Part shown: positions 12,605 through 27,515 of the stretch, piece after piece | Layout of the letters: each line of letters begins with the position of its first letter | Numbering within the stretch: position 1 is the first letter of the stretch | Assembly: GCA_016748015.1 (NCBI GenBank) | Contig: JAAOMT010000695.1 | Span: 1-64,000 of the forward strand | DNA: 64,000 nucleotides | Direction: 5' to 3' | Origin: Geosiphon pyriformis uo1 | Taxonomy: Eukaryota; Fungi; Glomeromycota | Made by a program: the position numbers and the translations under genes | The notes under the pieces: model-generated | Databases searched by the model: none | The model's input: the letters and a program-made list of their open reading frames with translations, nothing else | What the model was told of the DNA's origin: nothing

Positions 12605-14689
12605 ACCAATAAGGGCCTATATACACCCACACAAACTTCAAACCACCTAGGCTAATGATATAATTAAACAATCAAATCTTAAAAATAGTTGGAGATAGTG
12701 GAGTTGCTCTTATGGTTAGAATAAAAAATAAAAAAGTTAAAAATCGAAAGAATGGATAAATAAATATCTTCTCAAAATTATAGTTACCAATTGAATCAAT
12801 TCTCGATTTTTGGTTGAATTCAGAGCGAGAATCAGCTCAGTTAAAACGTTATCTTTTCAATAATTTTTTTTTGATATTTTATATTGGTTAAATTGAAATT
12901 CATATTTTTTTAACTTGAGAAGTATATTTTATCAGTATTAAGATATAAAGACAGTGTTGTATTTTATGTTTTCATTATTTAATAAAAAATATGGAAATGA
13001 GCAGTTGTCGTTAACTTAAAACGAGTAAAAAGTTAGTTTTAAAGATACTTGGCCACCAGTTTACAATTTGATAATATACTATATTTAAAAGCACGTAATA
13101 TTGTCATTTTGTAAACGAATGATTACCTACAGTCGAGAGCATATGTTATAATACTCAAAATCACATTTACAGAACTAATAGAACAAAGAAGTGAAAAAAA
13201 TGAGAAACATGCACAGTTACTGTACCAAAATAAAAAAGACTTTATTTACATTGTAAAATATATCTTCATGATTTGAAGATAAATTTTTTGCAGTTAAATA
13301 GTTCTAGCAAATACTTTTGCGCATTTTAAAATTGATAATCTACAAAAAAGTGCTGGCAAATAAACACATTAGAATTATCAATCAATTGGCTGTTTACATA
13401 CACTTGCAATGTTTTCAAAAACCAAGCTTTCGAATTTCATTGACCAAAGAATGGATTAGAAATTCTAGATTTTAATATTAACATGCTAAGATTGTTCACC
13501 TTGGGTTATAACACCATATATTTAAATTGTATAAAACAAAACAAAAATAATGTATGCCAAGAAATTTTTTTTATAATCATATACTATATTTCTATTTTTT
13601 ACATTTGAGATTGAGAATATTTTATTACTGCTAAATTAGAAGGTAGTTATTTGTCTTAATTTTGAGCTGAAATTTATGGTCGTTACCGTCTGTGTAACAC
13701 ATTTAAAATAGAAAAGTTTGTGGTCGTTGCTAATTTTTGTGTGTAGTATTCAAAAAATTTATGAATCAAATTCTTTTATTTTTTTAAAATTCTAACTTCT
13801 CCCTAACTTACCTTACTTTTCATATAAGAGTATATATATATATAAATTGTGCATAAGAAAATCTTAGCTTAAAAGTAACAAATTTCGGGGCTATTAAGAT
13901 CAGTATATACATATATCGTTATAATTGTCTCTCATTATATTAGATGGGTTTATAGAAGATATTTCTGTATTAAAATTTTGATATTTTAAAGATATTCTTG
14001 AATAAAATAGTACCTCAAATTTCATTGGAAAACGTTTTCGCATACATTTTCTTTATAGCTAGAGATATTCAAGTGGACAATAATATAAGCCTAGATTTTG
14101 TTGTACAAATATTCAAAGTAAATAAGATACAGAAAGCTTTCAAAGCGAATTCGAAAGGTCCATAAAAGAAATAATGTTTCATTCAATCTAGGAAATATTC
14201 AAGTCAAAAAAATTTAAATTTAGGCTGTAAAGATTAGAGATGAATTATTGGTTTGACAACATCAAATTATTACTATTTGTGTCTGGTGGGAGACAGTAAT
14301 ATTGTTAGTGCACCTTTGACAAATCAATAAGATATGCCAACAACAATCAAATTTGAAATAGAAAAATGATGGGTAATAACTCATGATATCTGTAAAAGCC
14401 ATGAGAGAATATTGTCTAAAAGGTTTTTGCCTAATTTCGAATAAAAAATGATTTGTAAAAAAACCTTTGGAATCACCTAAAATGACATTAGATACATGTG
14501 CTATGAAAAACTTTCTCATTCAGCAATTTCTAGGATTTTATTATTTAGATAGTAATTAATATAAAATAATTACTTGTATTTTTATGTTTGAATCATAAAT
14601 ATTATTGCAAAAAACCAGATTTTATGCATCAAATTTTCATAAAACTTTTCGTTTACAAAACTATTAGTAAACTTTTAAATAAAATTTAT

Positions 14690-16260
14690 CTATTGATAAA
14701 ATACACTGCAATTACCCATGATAATACCGAAATAAGGGCCGTAATGTTCTTGAATGCTATTCTCGCCTGCGATAGATTGTCCAGAATTACATTCCTAAAT
14801 TTTTGTTTAATTGAATAATCAGTTCTGAAGCTTTTACTTGAACTCACAAATTTCGAATTGAAAAACAAGGTCAATGCTATAATTATAAACAAGGGTTATT
14901 ATCTTCTACTAACCTTATTCTCCCCTGTTAAATCCTCTCCAGGAATCCAAAACTTTTCCTTAATAAAGCGGTTCACTCTGAAATAATTTCTTTCTAATTT
15001 GAAAATTTCTTGGGATCTTCCGCAATCCCATACAGCTTCTCCATCAAATAAAACGGCATTTTTATTTTCAAGACAATCACAATCTATTGGTCCAAGCCAT
15101 ACTTCTCTTTCATGATGTTGCATTATTGAGCGCCTATTTTCAATTGGAAGAAAATGTGGAACGTAATCGTTTCGACGAGTAACTCTTGTGACCTTTACTA
15201 ATTCATTCATCATTTTGGCAAACAATGTATTTCCCGTTCTTGGTTGACCGTAGGTATAAATAGAAATATTAATTAATCTTTTAAATTGGTTGATTTCGGG
15301 TGGATGAGATCCAATAATATTCATAATTGCAAACGATAAACCCGCTATAGCCGCGTACGCTGTCAATTTTAAAAAGAAAAATAAATGAAAATTACTTTAG
15401 AAAAAGTTTTTGAAAACGAAAAAAATCTAAATCACTCACCACCACCCACTCCATGTCCACAAAAAGTAATTTTTGTTAACTCCTCGTCTTCTATATGACC
15501 ATATATATTTGATAGCATAGCATCCATCATAAGGGAGACCTCACCGAACCATTCTTTATCAACTAGTACTAATGCATTTGTCGACATTCCTGGAACACTA
15601 AATGGTACCAACTCATTTGTTCTATCTTCCCATTCGGCTTTGGTCAAAATAGGAGCTTTGAAATGTACAAAAATTTGTTCTAATTTCACATCCGTCAATA
15701 CGGTACCTGTTATATATGGAAATAGTGAAAAATTTATTCGAATTGAAGAGTCGTCAAGATTGGAAAAGAATTAGATTATTATAAATACCAAAGATATCTT
15801 TGCCATTTTTTACCAAGCTTCCAAGAGTATTAATTAAGGAATATGGAAAACAATAGGGCATATTAGCATATAGAGCTTGCATTTTTAATAATGCAACTTC
15901 ATCCCTTTGAGTGATGTCAAATAGTCGTTTTTTAAGGTATACTTCATTATCAAAGTCTGTTCTTTTGTAAAATAAATGATCGTCTATAATTTGTAACGTT
16001 TTTGCCGCAAATGAAAATCGAGATAATTTTGAAAGTTTCTTGATTGATTTTGAAATACTTTCAGTTGGATAAAGTTTATTACGTTTTAAATTTAGGAAAT
16101 TCTTCAAAATATTTCTCAATTTTAAACCATTCAAATGGAAAGAACTTCCAATTAAAATAAGGAATAAGAATATTAAAATTAATAAAATCGAATAAAATTG
16201 GTTTGATTTTATTGAAAAAAATCGAAAATTTTTGGTAGAATTTCCTTGAGCTGTATACAT
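14690..16260 (-). CDS. Class-3 lipase-fold protein A, nucleophile Ser>Gly (predicted pseudo-lipase)
   Basis: 4 exons. N-terminal hydrophobic segment, KKR, ANMPYC, FKAP, FCGHGVGG, YTYGQPRTGN, NDYVPH, DCDC, last exon ECNSG..EHYGPYFGIIMGNC. Confidence 0.85.
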
Positions 16261-17124
16261 TTTTACTTAAAAAAAATTTGCACAATTTAATAAGACAGGA
16301 AAAATTAATTTTTTAGCTCTATATTTGAAGATGATTAGAAAGTATATTACAAAGTAAAATTTGTTGTGGGGTGTTTTGAAACAATTAAACAAATATTTCT
16401 CAATGATAGGCAAAAGTTTTTTGAAACTTGTTATTTGTTATGACATATCAATATCGGAATCTTGAACAATCCTTATCAATTTAGCATAAACCATTTAATG
16501 CAAGTAATTTAATTATTTTCTAGAGTACTTGAACATATATTTTTGTGAAATAGATAAAAGAAATATCTAATTTGTATATATTTTTTGCTAATTATTTATT
16601 ATTTTTTTTTATATCTAATGTAAATGGTATGAAATTTCTTTTGTCAATACAATCAGAAATAAACTTTTTTTTTTAGTAATTTATTCAAAAAAATTTTATT
16701 GTGCCTTTTATTTTTAGAATTATTTATTAACTTGAATAAAATTTAAAAATGTTTATAATAGAAATTTCTTTTAAATTTTATTTTAGAGAATGACAATTTT
16801 GATATAAAAATTGGTATAAAATTTTTTTATATATTTTATTTTTAAAAATGACTAAAAACTAATAACCTAAAGTTAAGATTAATTAGTTTCTAAAGAAGAC
16901 TAATAGCAAAATTTATTAAAATATAATTTAAAATTCCAAGTAATTTTGAATATTAATTCGATAAGAAAATTGTTTTATTCAAACTAATATTAATTTGTCC
17001 AAATTAAAATATATTTTGTTTAATTTACCAACATATTTTTATTATTCCTATTTCTTTTTAACATTTAAAATAATTGTTTCTCAAATATATCATTAAATGA
17101 TTTGGAATCACAAAAGAGTTACAA

Positions 17125-17290
17125 CCAATGGAGTCTAGATTTTAGATGAGATATCGATGTTTTGGCATCTTATTAGGGGGTTTTTTAATTCCTAAAGAGT
17201 TCGACCTAGAACATTTATCAGTAATAGATTTTCTATCACAATTTTTTTAATGCTAATATTTTAATACAATTAGCGGACCATTTAATACTG
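17125..17290 (+). repeat. Dispersed repeat, degenerate inverted match to 27285-27515
   Basis: Shared blocks ttttagatgagatatcg, tagaacatttat and acaattagcggacc occur in the same order on the reverse complement of 27285-27515. Confidence 0.6.
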
Positions 17291-20200
17291 CGCAATTTTT
17301 TGCAGTAGATATCCCATTCTTCTTAAACATTTCTACCTTATAACATTCATTTTTACTAAAATTAAAAAACCTATGTTTTGTTATTATAAATAAGCACACA
17401 CGTGCAATTTAAGGCCATTATTACTGCGATTTTCATGATATTGAGAAAAATATCCCAATTTTATGTGATTGTGTTTATTGATATATAAGTCAAGAATCGG
17501 TTCTTTCTAATGATATTTCTGGCTATAAAAAACTATCATATATAATATTTTTTGGTTAATGGGATTTGAAAAATGGTTATTTTGACACATATAATTTTGC
17601 TGTAGCTATTGATTAAAAAAATTTCTTATCAATGATATTATTAGATGAATAATTTCAAAATATGGAATACTCATTATAAATAATGTGTATTTTGGACAAT
17701 TTGCCTCTATTAACTTCAATATTGTAATTTTTTTTAAATTAAAATTTCTATTCATAAGATCAAAAATGGCTTCTGTTGTATTATAAAAATATTTTTCTAA
17801 TATGCTTCCTACTTTTAAAAATTATGAGATTTTTCTAGTCAAGTTCTTAAATTAGATTTTTCTGATCTAAATTATAAACCTCTTGTAGTTGGGTTGTTTT
17901 AAAAAATGCTTTTTCCATTAATCAAATTTAGAAACAAACGTAACTTCACAAAAATAAGTAAGATGATTTAACGAATGTTTCAGAACAATTAAATTCAGTT
18001 ATGTATTAGTTTTTTGTTGACTAAAACACTTTTTTTAGGAATTTAATTAAATTAATTTGCTGTAATCTTTGTAATTGTACTATCGTTGGTTTAGCTCAAA
18101 TAGATAAAACTAAATTTCTTGATTTGAAATTTTGATATATTTTGAGAGCCCCATTTAAATTAAATTAAATTAAATACCAATCAATCAATCAAGCATTTTT
18201 TTTTAAGATTCATTTATTCATATGTAAATTAACACACAAATATTCAATTATTTACAACTTTCTCAAACAATAAAAAAATTTAAAATTTAAAATCTAAATA
18301 CTAGATAGAATAAAAAATATTCATTACATAAAAATTTTTATAGCGTGATTTTTTATTTAAATTTTTTTTTAATAGTTTACAATTATTTTCAGGCTATATA
18401 AATTTGTTTGGATAAACAATAAATCATGTTTAATATAAACAACAATAAAAAACTTTTTGAATAAGATTAATTATTCCGGCAAAATTTTACAAGACTTAAA
18501 AAAACAATAATAAGTAAATTTAAATTTTAGTACATTTTAAAAAAAAAATTTAAATATAAAAATTTATTTCGAAATACAAAGCAAAGCAAGTTAACATTTT
18601 CAAAATATTCTTATCAAAAAACATTTGATAATACAAAAATTTCAATTTTGTATTAAAATTGTTATATCAATATATAATAAATAATAATTAAATAAATTGC
18701 AGTTATTTTTAATTATATAATTTATGAGAAAAATAATAATAAAAATTTTATTTTAAAATAATTAAACTTTTTATTTCTAATATTTATATTATTAATTATT
18801 AAATTTTACAATTATATAACTTTTATATGTATTTATTAAAAATAAAATAATATTTTTACATTTTTTAGAATTTGTATTTTATATTTGTATTAATATTTCA
18901 ATAATTATTTTTAGTCTTAATATTCAATTAGTTGTTTGATAATAATTCACACTAATTATTTTAATTACTCTGAATATTTTAAATTTATATTGTCCTACAA
19001 TATAACAAAATAGTTTTAATATTTGACAAATATATAATAAAAATATATAAATATAAACCGGCTTAATTATAATAACGCCTACTGCAAATGGTTTACCTAG
19101 AACTTTTAGTAAACAGAATTTTGATATCCTTAATTATTGAACTCTGAAAGGGATAAAAATAATGATATTTGATATTTGATTTGATTAAGTATGAAATTCT
19201 TATTTGGGTTTGAATTATCATTTTTATTGAAAAGATTGATATTTATTACCTCACAAAATTGATTTTTAGCTTTTTCAGATATTGAAAACCAAGTACATAC
19301 TTTAAACATAAAAATTCAAAGGATCAATATTTCAAGATAGCAGACTTGGCACATTTATTATTTAACCTAATTTTTGTGATTATGGTGTATACCACGAGTC
19401 GAACATTAGAAAGAAAAGTATACTGACAAAAAATTTGAAATATTGATTTTGTTGAAAATTCAGAAGTAAAAATAATTAACTTGCCAAATATAAAAATTGT
19501 AAATCTTTTCTATGATTTATAATTGAATTCGATATAGAGAATAATACTCATCAAAATTTAAAAAATTTGGCGAAAAAATTTTAAGTCTCAATATTTCTGG
19601 TCAGTTCTATGATCAAATATTTGATAAATATAATTGAACTGGAATTGTAAAAGACATTTGACTTTTAAGTGTTTTAAAAATTCAAAGTTGTTTTAATTTT
19701 GATGTTAATAGTCATAATTTAAGCTAAATACAGATTTTTGCTTGAAAATTTGAGATGGTTAATAATTGGGTTGTCAGTTTTCTAAAAATATTTGTGTACC
19801 TGTTAGAATAGGAAACTTTTCAGATATTGTAAGATAACTTTTATTTAGATCTTTGATCTCAAATTTCCTCTTGGATTTCAAATTTGACCGAATAATTTTA
19901 ATAAATAGGTTCTAAACACTACTTGTTTTAGGACGCTTCAAATTATCAAATACAATATAGTTTTATTGCTCCCCGCTGATTTTATCCACCAAATGATTCT
20001 CAAAAATAGTCTCTATCATTTATTTATTCTTGATGCCTACCGATTTGATTGAAAAGTGTAATCTTCTATATTTGAGGTCAATTTTAATGACGAACAAGAA
20101 AATTTTATGAATTTCACTTCTCTAAGACATGTATATTAAATTGGGCTTTACTTTTGATGCTTACTGTACACTGAAAGATAGACAAAATCTATTTCATCAC

Positions 20201-21362
20201 TTTTTATTTATGTTATAATGTGAAATGATACTAGTGTATGAGCAATGATCTTTGATGAAGTTCCCTCTTTCTTTTATTTACTTCCAAGCCACTAACAGAG
20301 ATGTGCAGTGTAAGGAAAAAATCACATGTGAATTTTTGTCATATTATTTAAAAAATATTCTCGTTCTGCATCTTATTTACTTTTATTCTCCTAATGAAAT
20401 TACATTCATAGATGAGGCCTCGAATGAATCACCAAAATTGTGCGAAAACTTACAGCTACTCAACTCCTTCACAAGATTTTATTTATTGTGTGTCTACATT
20501 TAACTTATGGCATCCTAAATTAGTACATGTCAAAGCCTTCATCGAATTGAAAAAAAAACTTTTAGAATACTTAGCAAATGCATTCTTGGAGAGATATGAT
20601 TTCGATATTTAAAGATTAATATGGTCATTTGAACTTCTCGATTTATTGAAATTCTTTCACAATCGACGAAACAACACTATGAATGATATATCAGAAGTTT
20701 GCTTTTGATCATCGATTATCTGATCCAATTACGTTTAGTGTATCTTAAATTTGGCTTTTACTTTTGCCAAACCATCAAATTTATTTCGCTACGTAAAAAC
20801 CCCTTAATCGCAAAATATTCAAGATGATAAAGGAAAGTTTTCATAAAGAATCAAGATTTTAAGTTAATTCTACCGGTCTAGACAGCCAGATAAAAGCAAA
20901 GATCATGCATCTCTGTGTCTTCCGAATTGTGTTTAAAGTTAAAACTAAAGATATTTACCGGATGAATTAAGAACCATTTTACAAGATGAAATGAATAACG
21001 AATTTAGCAAGCAAACTCTTTTGATTGATATTTGAGTTTATTTTCAGAGCTCGTCTTAAAAATATCATTAAGATTGTAATTTAAAGTTTTCAGTCTCTAT
21101 AAGAAATTTAATTTGAACTAATTTTTCAATGTTAAAAGCTCTGTAATTTTGATATTAAAAATTAAATTTTCCATCATCTTTCATTAAAGTGTAAGAATCA
21201 AGAGTTTTAATTTAAATCGTAATTACAGTCAAAAAAAAACATTCATTCTACATTTCTTAATGCAGGTAACCTATTGACTGAAAGATGCCAAAACCTTCTT
21301 CCAATAAAAGATAATGATCTTTCAAGACTCCCTTTTTTTTTTTGAGAGAAAGAAGCAAAGAT

Positions 21363-22811
21363 TTAATACACTTCCTTGTCAAGCGCAAACCCTTCACAAT
21401 TCCCCATAGTTGTTCTAAGATATGGGCCAAAATGAACATCATGCTCTTTATCTTCTAATGAATCCACTGTGCCTAAGTTACATTCCTTCAAATTAAAAAG
21501 CAGTAAGTTTTCACAAGGTAACCCAAGCCAAAAAACAACATATTACGGTAAAATTTATTCCTTACATTGTTTTCATCAAAATCTAGCAGAGATTTCCTTC
21601 CGGAACAATCATATATCACATCTTTTACTTTTTTCACGTTTAAATTACAATTACAATCCTGATTTTCAATCCAATATTCTCTGTAGTAATGTAAAAAATT
21701 TCCTTTCGCCATAAAATCTCTTGGTATCCAATCATTTGAATGAGTGACGCGAATAAATCCATTATAATTTAACGTTCTCTTCAAGAATCTCACAAAATAG
21801 AAATCTCCAACTCGTGGCGCGCCAAAAGTTATCACCGAAATTTTAGAGACATCCATCTGAAATTTCTGAACCATCAATGTTTGAATATATGTGGCTGCCA
21901 GGATTGCGTATGCTTTCATAAAAAAAAATTAGTTTCAAAACATTGAAAATTTACATTGTATGAAACTTCATACCTCCCCCAATTCCGTGCCCAACAAAAT
22001 GAATCCTCCAAGGAGATTCGGTTTTTTTATTTCCCCAAAATTTTTTAAGTTTCTGGATGAGAGAAGGCATCATTTTTTGGACATGCTGATGCCACACTGA
22101 GTCCACGAGAGGTCTTTGCGAGAGATATTTTTCCACTTCAATAGGGAGAAGATCAATTGGCCGTTTTTTCCATTCATCTCGAGTATAATGAGGACCTCGA
22201 AAGTAGGCAATAATTACCATGCCTTCCAAGGTTTTCTGAAATGCATCGGCTGGATAAGTAAATTCAAAAATAAGTTATTATTTAATTTCAAGATATTATC
22301 CATATTCAGAGAATACATCTTATTAAACAATAAGAAACTTACCAATAACATTTTGGTCCAAAATGACTTTACCAATTTCATTATGCTCTGGAAAACAATA
22401 AGCGAAATTTGCATATTGCGCCATTCTTCGAAGAAAGTTAATTTGTGCTTTGTCAGTCAAACTTTCTTTATGTGGGGGTGGGAATACTGGTTCTTGTGAT
22501 AAATAATATTTGGTGGACCGTTTAGATGGTGGTTTTAATTCATTCTTTTTGAATTTGGTAAAAATTTTTAAGTTAAACTTAGTAAGTCTCTGTGAGATAT
22601 TCGACCATGGATTTATTTTTTGAGGGGAAAAAGACGAATCAATCCCCTTTGATTTTTCAATAGAGCATCGGTTTGCATTATTCCAAAGCTTAATTTCATT
22701 TTTGGAATGAAGATTTGATAGATTGGGTTTTGGCAAAGCTCCCGAATAGGATGAAATGTAGTCAAAAAATAAAAAGGCTGACAAAAATGAGAATTTTAAA
22801 ATTAATTTCAT
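21363..22811 (-). CDS. Class-3 lipase-fold protein B, Ser>Gly
   Basis: Signal peptide MKLILKFSFLSAFLFF, SKRS, ANFAYC, YFRGP, FVGHGIGG, TFGAPRVGD, NDWIP, DCNC, last exon ECNLG..VHFGPYLRTTMGNC. Confidence 0.88.
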
Positions 22812-22868
22812 TTGGCGAAAATAAAATTTATGTCAAACTTTTAATGGCCTCATTAATAAATCCCTGAC

Positions 22869-22881
22869 TTATACATGTACA
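22869..22881 (-). promoter_or_regulatory. TGTACATGTATAA motif upstream of lipase-like gene B
   Basis: About 60 bp upstream of the ATG; an identical 13-mer lies upstream of gene C. Confidence 0.4.
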
Positions 22882-24475
22882 GTAACCGCCCGATTTAACA
22901 TATTGTAATCGGGAATTATTTTGAAATCGGGTGTTATTTTGAAATCAAAGGGTAGATCCAAATTTTTGCTAGTACGTTAATCCGAAAATTTCTGATTCAA
23001 ATTAGGATGATAATTGACTTTAATATCTGTAAAAATTAATGTACTGAACAAAATATTTTTTTAAAACATTTATTTTGATAATTATAGAGACATGAAATAA
23101 CAAATTAATATCCTAAATCTTAAAAGAAAGATTTCACATATTGAACATATTGAACATATTATAAATTTTATCATAGATTCAAAAACAAAAATACAATGAT
23201 CTCAATTTGACTCAAAAAATTGAACTTTTCTCAAATCAAAGAAGCCAATCAAACCATTTCTAAATAATATATATTAGCAAATCAACATACTTTTTAAAAC
23301 AATAAATTATTGATTAGGATCCTTAATTGAAAATCTAGTCTCTGTTTAATATTTGATTTGTTTTGCCAATGAAAATTGAGGAAAAGCTTAATACTTTAAA
23401 AGTTTTAATTAGAAATTTCCAATATCTTATATTTTACTTCAAATATTTGTTTTTATTGTCAAAAGTTTTTGTAATTTTAACATTTTCTAAAAGATAATTC
23501 TCATAAATGGACCCATTTTTATTTATTAAAAAATTTTCATTTCAAAAATCGCTTATTCTTACATTACATCCTAAATAAGATAAAAAATTATGAAAATTAT
23601 GAGAATTGATAGAATGAGGAAAAAATCTCAAAAAGCTTAAAAGAACTGAGAATTTTTCACAAAATTTCTTGTTTGAGAGATTGGGAAAAGATTATTTTTT
23701 GATTTAGTGTTGTTCTTTGGTTTTTAATAATAAGATGCGATGGAATTTTCTAAAGTTTATTAAAATTATTTTCCAACAATGGTCATTATTAAAACCAGCT
23801 ATATCGTAATAAATTTACAAAGAATGTATCAACCATATCGGTCAGGCTATATTAACATGATAAAGGGTCACGAGTGCGAGAAAATTAACAAAACTAAACT
23901 AATTGGAATCGAATTCAAAGATTTATTAATGTGTTTTTTTAATTGCTAATGGATAACCAAAAAATTTTGTTAGTTTTATATTTAAATGAAATCAACATTG
24001 ATAAATTTGAAATATTTTTATATTGTAAATTTCATCAATGAAACCATTTCATTTAAAAATTTATTTATACAGAATATTAATCAATCAATCAATCAATCAA
24101 AGAATTCTCAAAATTTCAAAGTGCCAAGAATAACTAAAAATTTTTTTTTTGAAAATATGATTCTGTATATAAGATTAAAATTTCAAATCTCTCTTGGAAT
24201 AAATTAGAAAGTTTTTCTTTTTTTAAATCAAATTATTAAAAAAAAGATTTTAAATAAAAATCTTTAAACGAAATTACAGGTCAAAAGATGAAATTTACAT
24301 TCGATTTACGGATATATAAATGGAGAGCACTCCTCAATATCAAAAAGTTTTTATAATCAGAACAAAATCTAGGTTTTGTTTTAATTTTTATTGTTGATTT
24401 TGGTGTTGACAACTAAAATATATACAGATTGTCAATGTTATTTCATTTTGCTGACCAAGATAATCCACTGTTTCA

Positions 24476-24488
24476 TGTACATGTATAA
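24476..24488 (+). promoter_or_regulatory. TGTACATGTATAA motif (palindrome plus TATA) upstream of lipase-like gene C
   Basis: About 60 bp upstream of ATG 24549; same motif and spacing as for gene B. Confidence 0.4.
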
Positions 24489-24548
24489 AAGAAATGCTTG
24501 AAGCCCTCATATTTAATAGCCTTTTTAAAATAGAATCTTTCTCAATAA

Positions 24549-26074
24549 ATGATGTTAAATTATAATTACATTTATTCGTCTAAAAAAACTGTGGGAAAAG
24601 AAATTATTCTAGCGCTGTTTTTATCTTTTATTTTATTTAATTATTTGTCGCTTTTCAAAGATCAATTTACTAAATTTTTAAGAAAAACCACTCCCATCTC
24701 AGACAATTTGGCTCCAGCAAAATACACACTATTTTTACTCGAATTAAAATTGAATTTTACCCTTCAAGAAAAAATATATCAAAACGAACATGAAAAGAGA
24801 TCACTCTTTTCAAGAGCTACGGGATTTAACAATGATAAAAATTTTATCCCACCCAAGAAGTTTTTAAAAGATAAAGATCTTTTTAGACTTTTTACTACGA
24901 TGGCTCTCTGGGCAAATATTCCTTATTGTATTCCTAAGGCTTCAATATCAGGTCCAGGATTTATTGGTAAGATAGCTATCAAAATAAAAATTTTTTTTGT
25001 CGAAAATTTCACCATCATTCTTCTTTATTTATCAGGTGATGTTGCATACGATCCACAAGTTTCAATAATTTTTGGATATTTTGGCGGTAATTTTTGAAAA
25101 AAGTTTCTTTCTTTAAACCTTAAAGCAAAAAAAAAATTATTATTCCATTTTTTTTAAATTATTTAAAATTAGGGCCTAAAATAACCAAAACACAATTAGA
25201 AACTACCAAGTTTCAAATGATGAAATTGAGAGGAAATGGTTATTTTAAAGTTGATTTGCATTGGTGGACTATGTTAAGGGATCAATATTGTGATGCTTTT
25301 ATCAATAAAATAGAGCATGGAATTTACGAAATTAGAAATAGAATGGGATCAAAACAACGAATCGATATTTTTCTAACTGGGCATAGAGTTGGAGGATGTA
25401 AGAATTTTATAAAATCAATATTTTCATTCCAAAATTATAAAATAGATTTTAAATTGAAATTTTAACCATTCAATTACTATCAACTCAGTCTATGCCCAAA
25501 TATTAGGCTTTTTACTCCTGGGTTTCCTAGCTGTAGATGAAAATGTTAACATTCATGTTGTCACCTTTGGCTCTCCACGTCCAGGTGATTATCAACTTGC
25601 TAAACAAATCAACATTGGCTCTCCAATTCAAGGGAATTATCAAGTTTCTGAGCAAATTGACAAGCGAAGCAATAAATTAAATATGTACAGGGTTACGCAT
25701 ACTAATGAATTTTTTCCCCATTTCCCAAAATATTCGGTAACGGGTGTACAATATATACATCCTGGCACTGAGTATTGGATTGCGGGTATTGATTGTGATT
25801 GTAATGAGCCAATAGTTTATGAATGTCCAGGATTTTCAAAAAAAAGTCAAAAGAAATATGGTGAAAGTCTGGTATGTCTTCTTCTTTTGATTAAACTTTT
25901 AAAAAATTCTTAAGAATTAAAAGCTTAACAGTTTTGTTTTTTCTCATTTTGTAGCAATGTAATTTAGGGACAGATGGTACAGGAACAAGCACCCATGACA
26001 CCATTTATTTTGAAACTATATTTGAAGACTGCACGGAGTTTCTTGATGACCCTAGTTTTTTTCCAAGAAATTAA
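24549..26074 (+). CDS. Class-3 lipase-fold protein C, Ser>Arg
   Basis: 5 exons. TM-like IILALFLSFILF, EKRS, ANIPYC, YFGG|P, LTGHRVGG, TFGSPRPGD, NEFFPHFP, DCDC, last exon QCNLG..THDTIYFE..EDC. Confidence 0.85.
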
Positions 26075-27284
26075 AAAGTAATGTGAAACTTAATATCCAA
26101 GTTTCTGGGACTATGAAAACTTTAAGAAAAATTGATTTTCGGAAAAAATATTTTCGGGTTCTTGGACGTTATAAAATAATTTTCTACAGAAATCAAAAAT
26201 ACCTTTTAATGAAGACCTTTCAAGAAATAAAGTCAATAGAATCTCATATGACTAATTTTATATATATATTACACAACAAGCAAATACAATTAATTTTTTA
26301 TATTTTGATAAAATAAGATTTGTTTAATAAAAATTTATTTATGGATATAAAAAGTTAAAATTAAGTTGTATACAATATCAATTCACTTGGAAAAAGGAAA
26401 TTGGTTAATACTTTAGATGAAATAATTTTTATGAGCTTGTGAAAATTATGATTATTTATTGATGAAAACAGAAAAATTCTTTTCTTTTAAATAAAAATAA
26501 ATATTATAAAAAGGAATTCCTATTTTGACCAAAGATAAAAATACAATTTTTTGATAAAAAACATAAACAATATCAAGAAATGGGAACTGTGTTAAAAGAA
26601 AGGGAGAGAAGTGTATAGCCAAAAAAAAAATCGATAAAATGAAATAGTCTTACATTGATTTTTAGAATTTTTTTGATAATGAGGGCGTAGAAGGATAACA
26701 ACAGTATTAATAAAGACTCCTTTATCTCAATGTCTTTTATTTTATTAGTAGGGTTTAAAGGTGAAAAAATTTTGAATATAATTTTTAATACTTTTAATTT
26801 CAAAGACATGGATTTTGAGAACATGGTCAAAATAATTTTAAAGTTTGACATATTTTCAGAAAAGAAAATATTAAAGTAACACATTTAAAAAATATTTCTT
26901 ATTTTCTAAATAATTTTCTTGTTTCACAAAGCGTTTCTATCAAAACTAATTCAAAAGTCTAAAATATAAAATATGTTGTATGAAGAATAATAATGTTTGA
27001 CGATATTTTTCTTTCTTTAAGGAGGTCTGACGAAAATTTTTTATAATTTTGTGTTTTAAGATAGCAATTTAAGTCACAAATTAGAACAATTTCTCAAGAT
27101 CGCAAAGAATTTTAAAGAGTGCAATAATATTGAAAGCTTTAAAATTATATCTAATTGGTTATTTTTATTAAAAAAATATTTATCTTTATATAATTTACTA
27201 ATTATTTAAAGAAAGACTTGAAAATTTGAAATGTATACAAAAATGCGTCTCTAAAAAAATCTTGTAAAAACGAATATTATACAC

Positions 27285-27515
27285 ACATTATTAGACGGTC
27301 CGCTAATTGTGTTAAAAATTGTTATAAATGATTAGAATCAACAAAAGTTTAGTAATCCTTTAAAAAGAATTAATAATGGTCGAAAATTTATTATTTATAA
27401 ATGTTCTAAAAGTCAAATTCTCGGGAGAAATTAAAAAAATTTAGTAAATAAGAAAGATGTCAAAACATCTGCTTACTGCCGATATCTCATCTAAAATGCA
27501 ACTTCTATCTCCATT
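27285..27515 (-). repeat. Dispersed repeat, partner of 17125-17290
   Basis: See 17125-17290; lies next to the Tc1/mariner relic. Confidence 0.6.

Noticed and set aside
22878-22950. TACAGTAACCGCCCGATTT resembling a pogo/MITE terminal repeat
   Set aside because: No matching opposite TIR was found.
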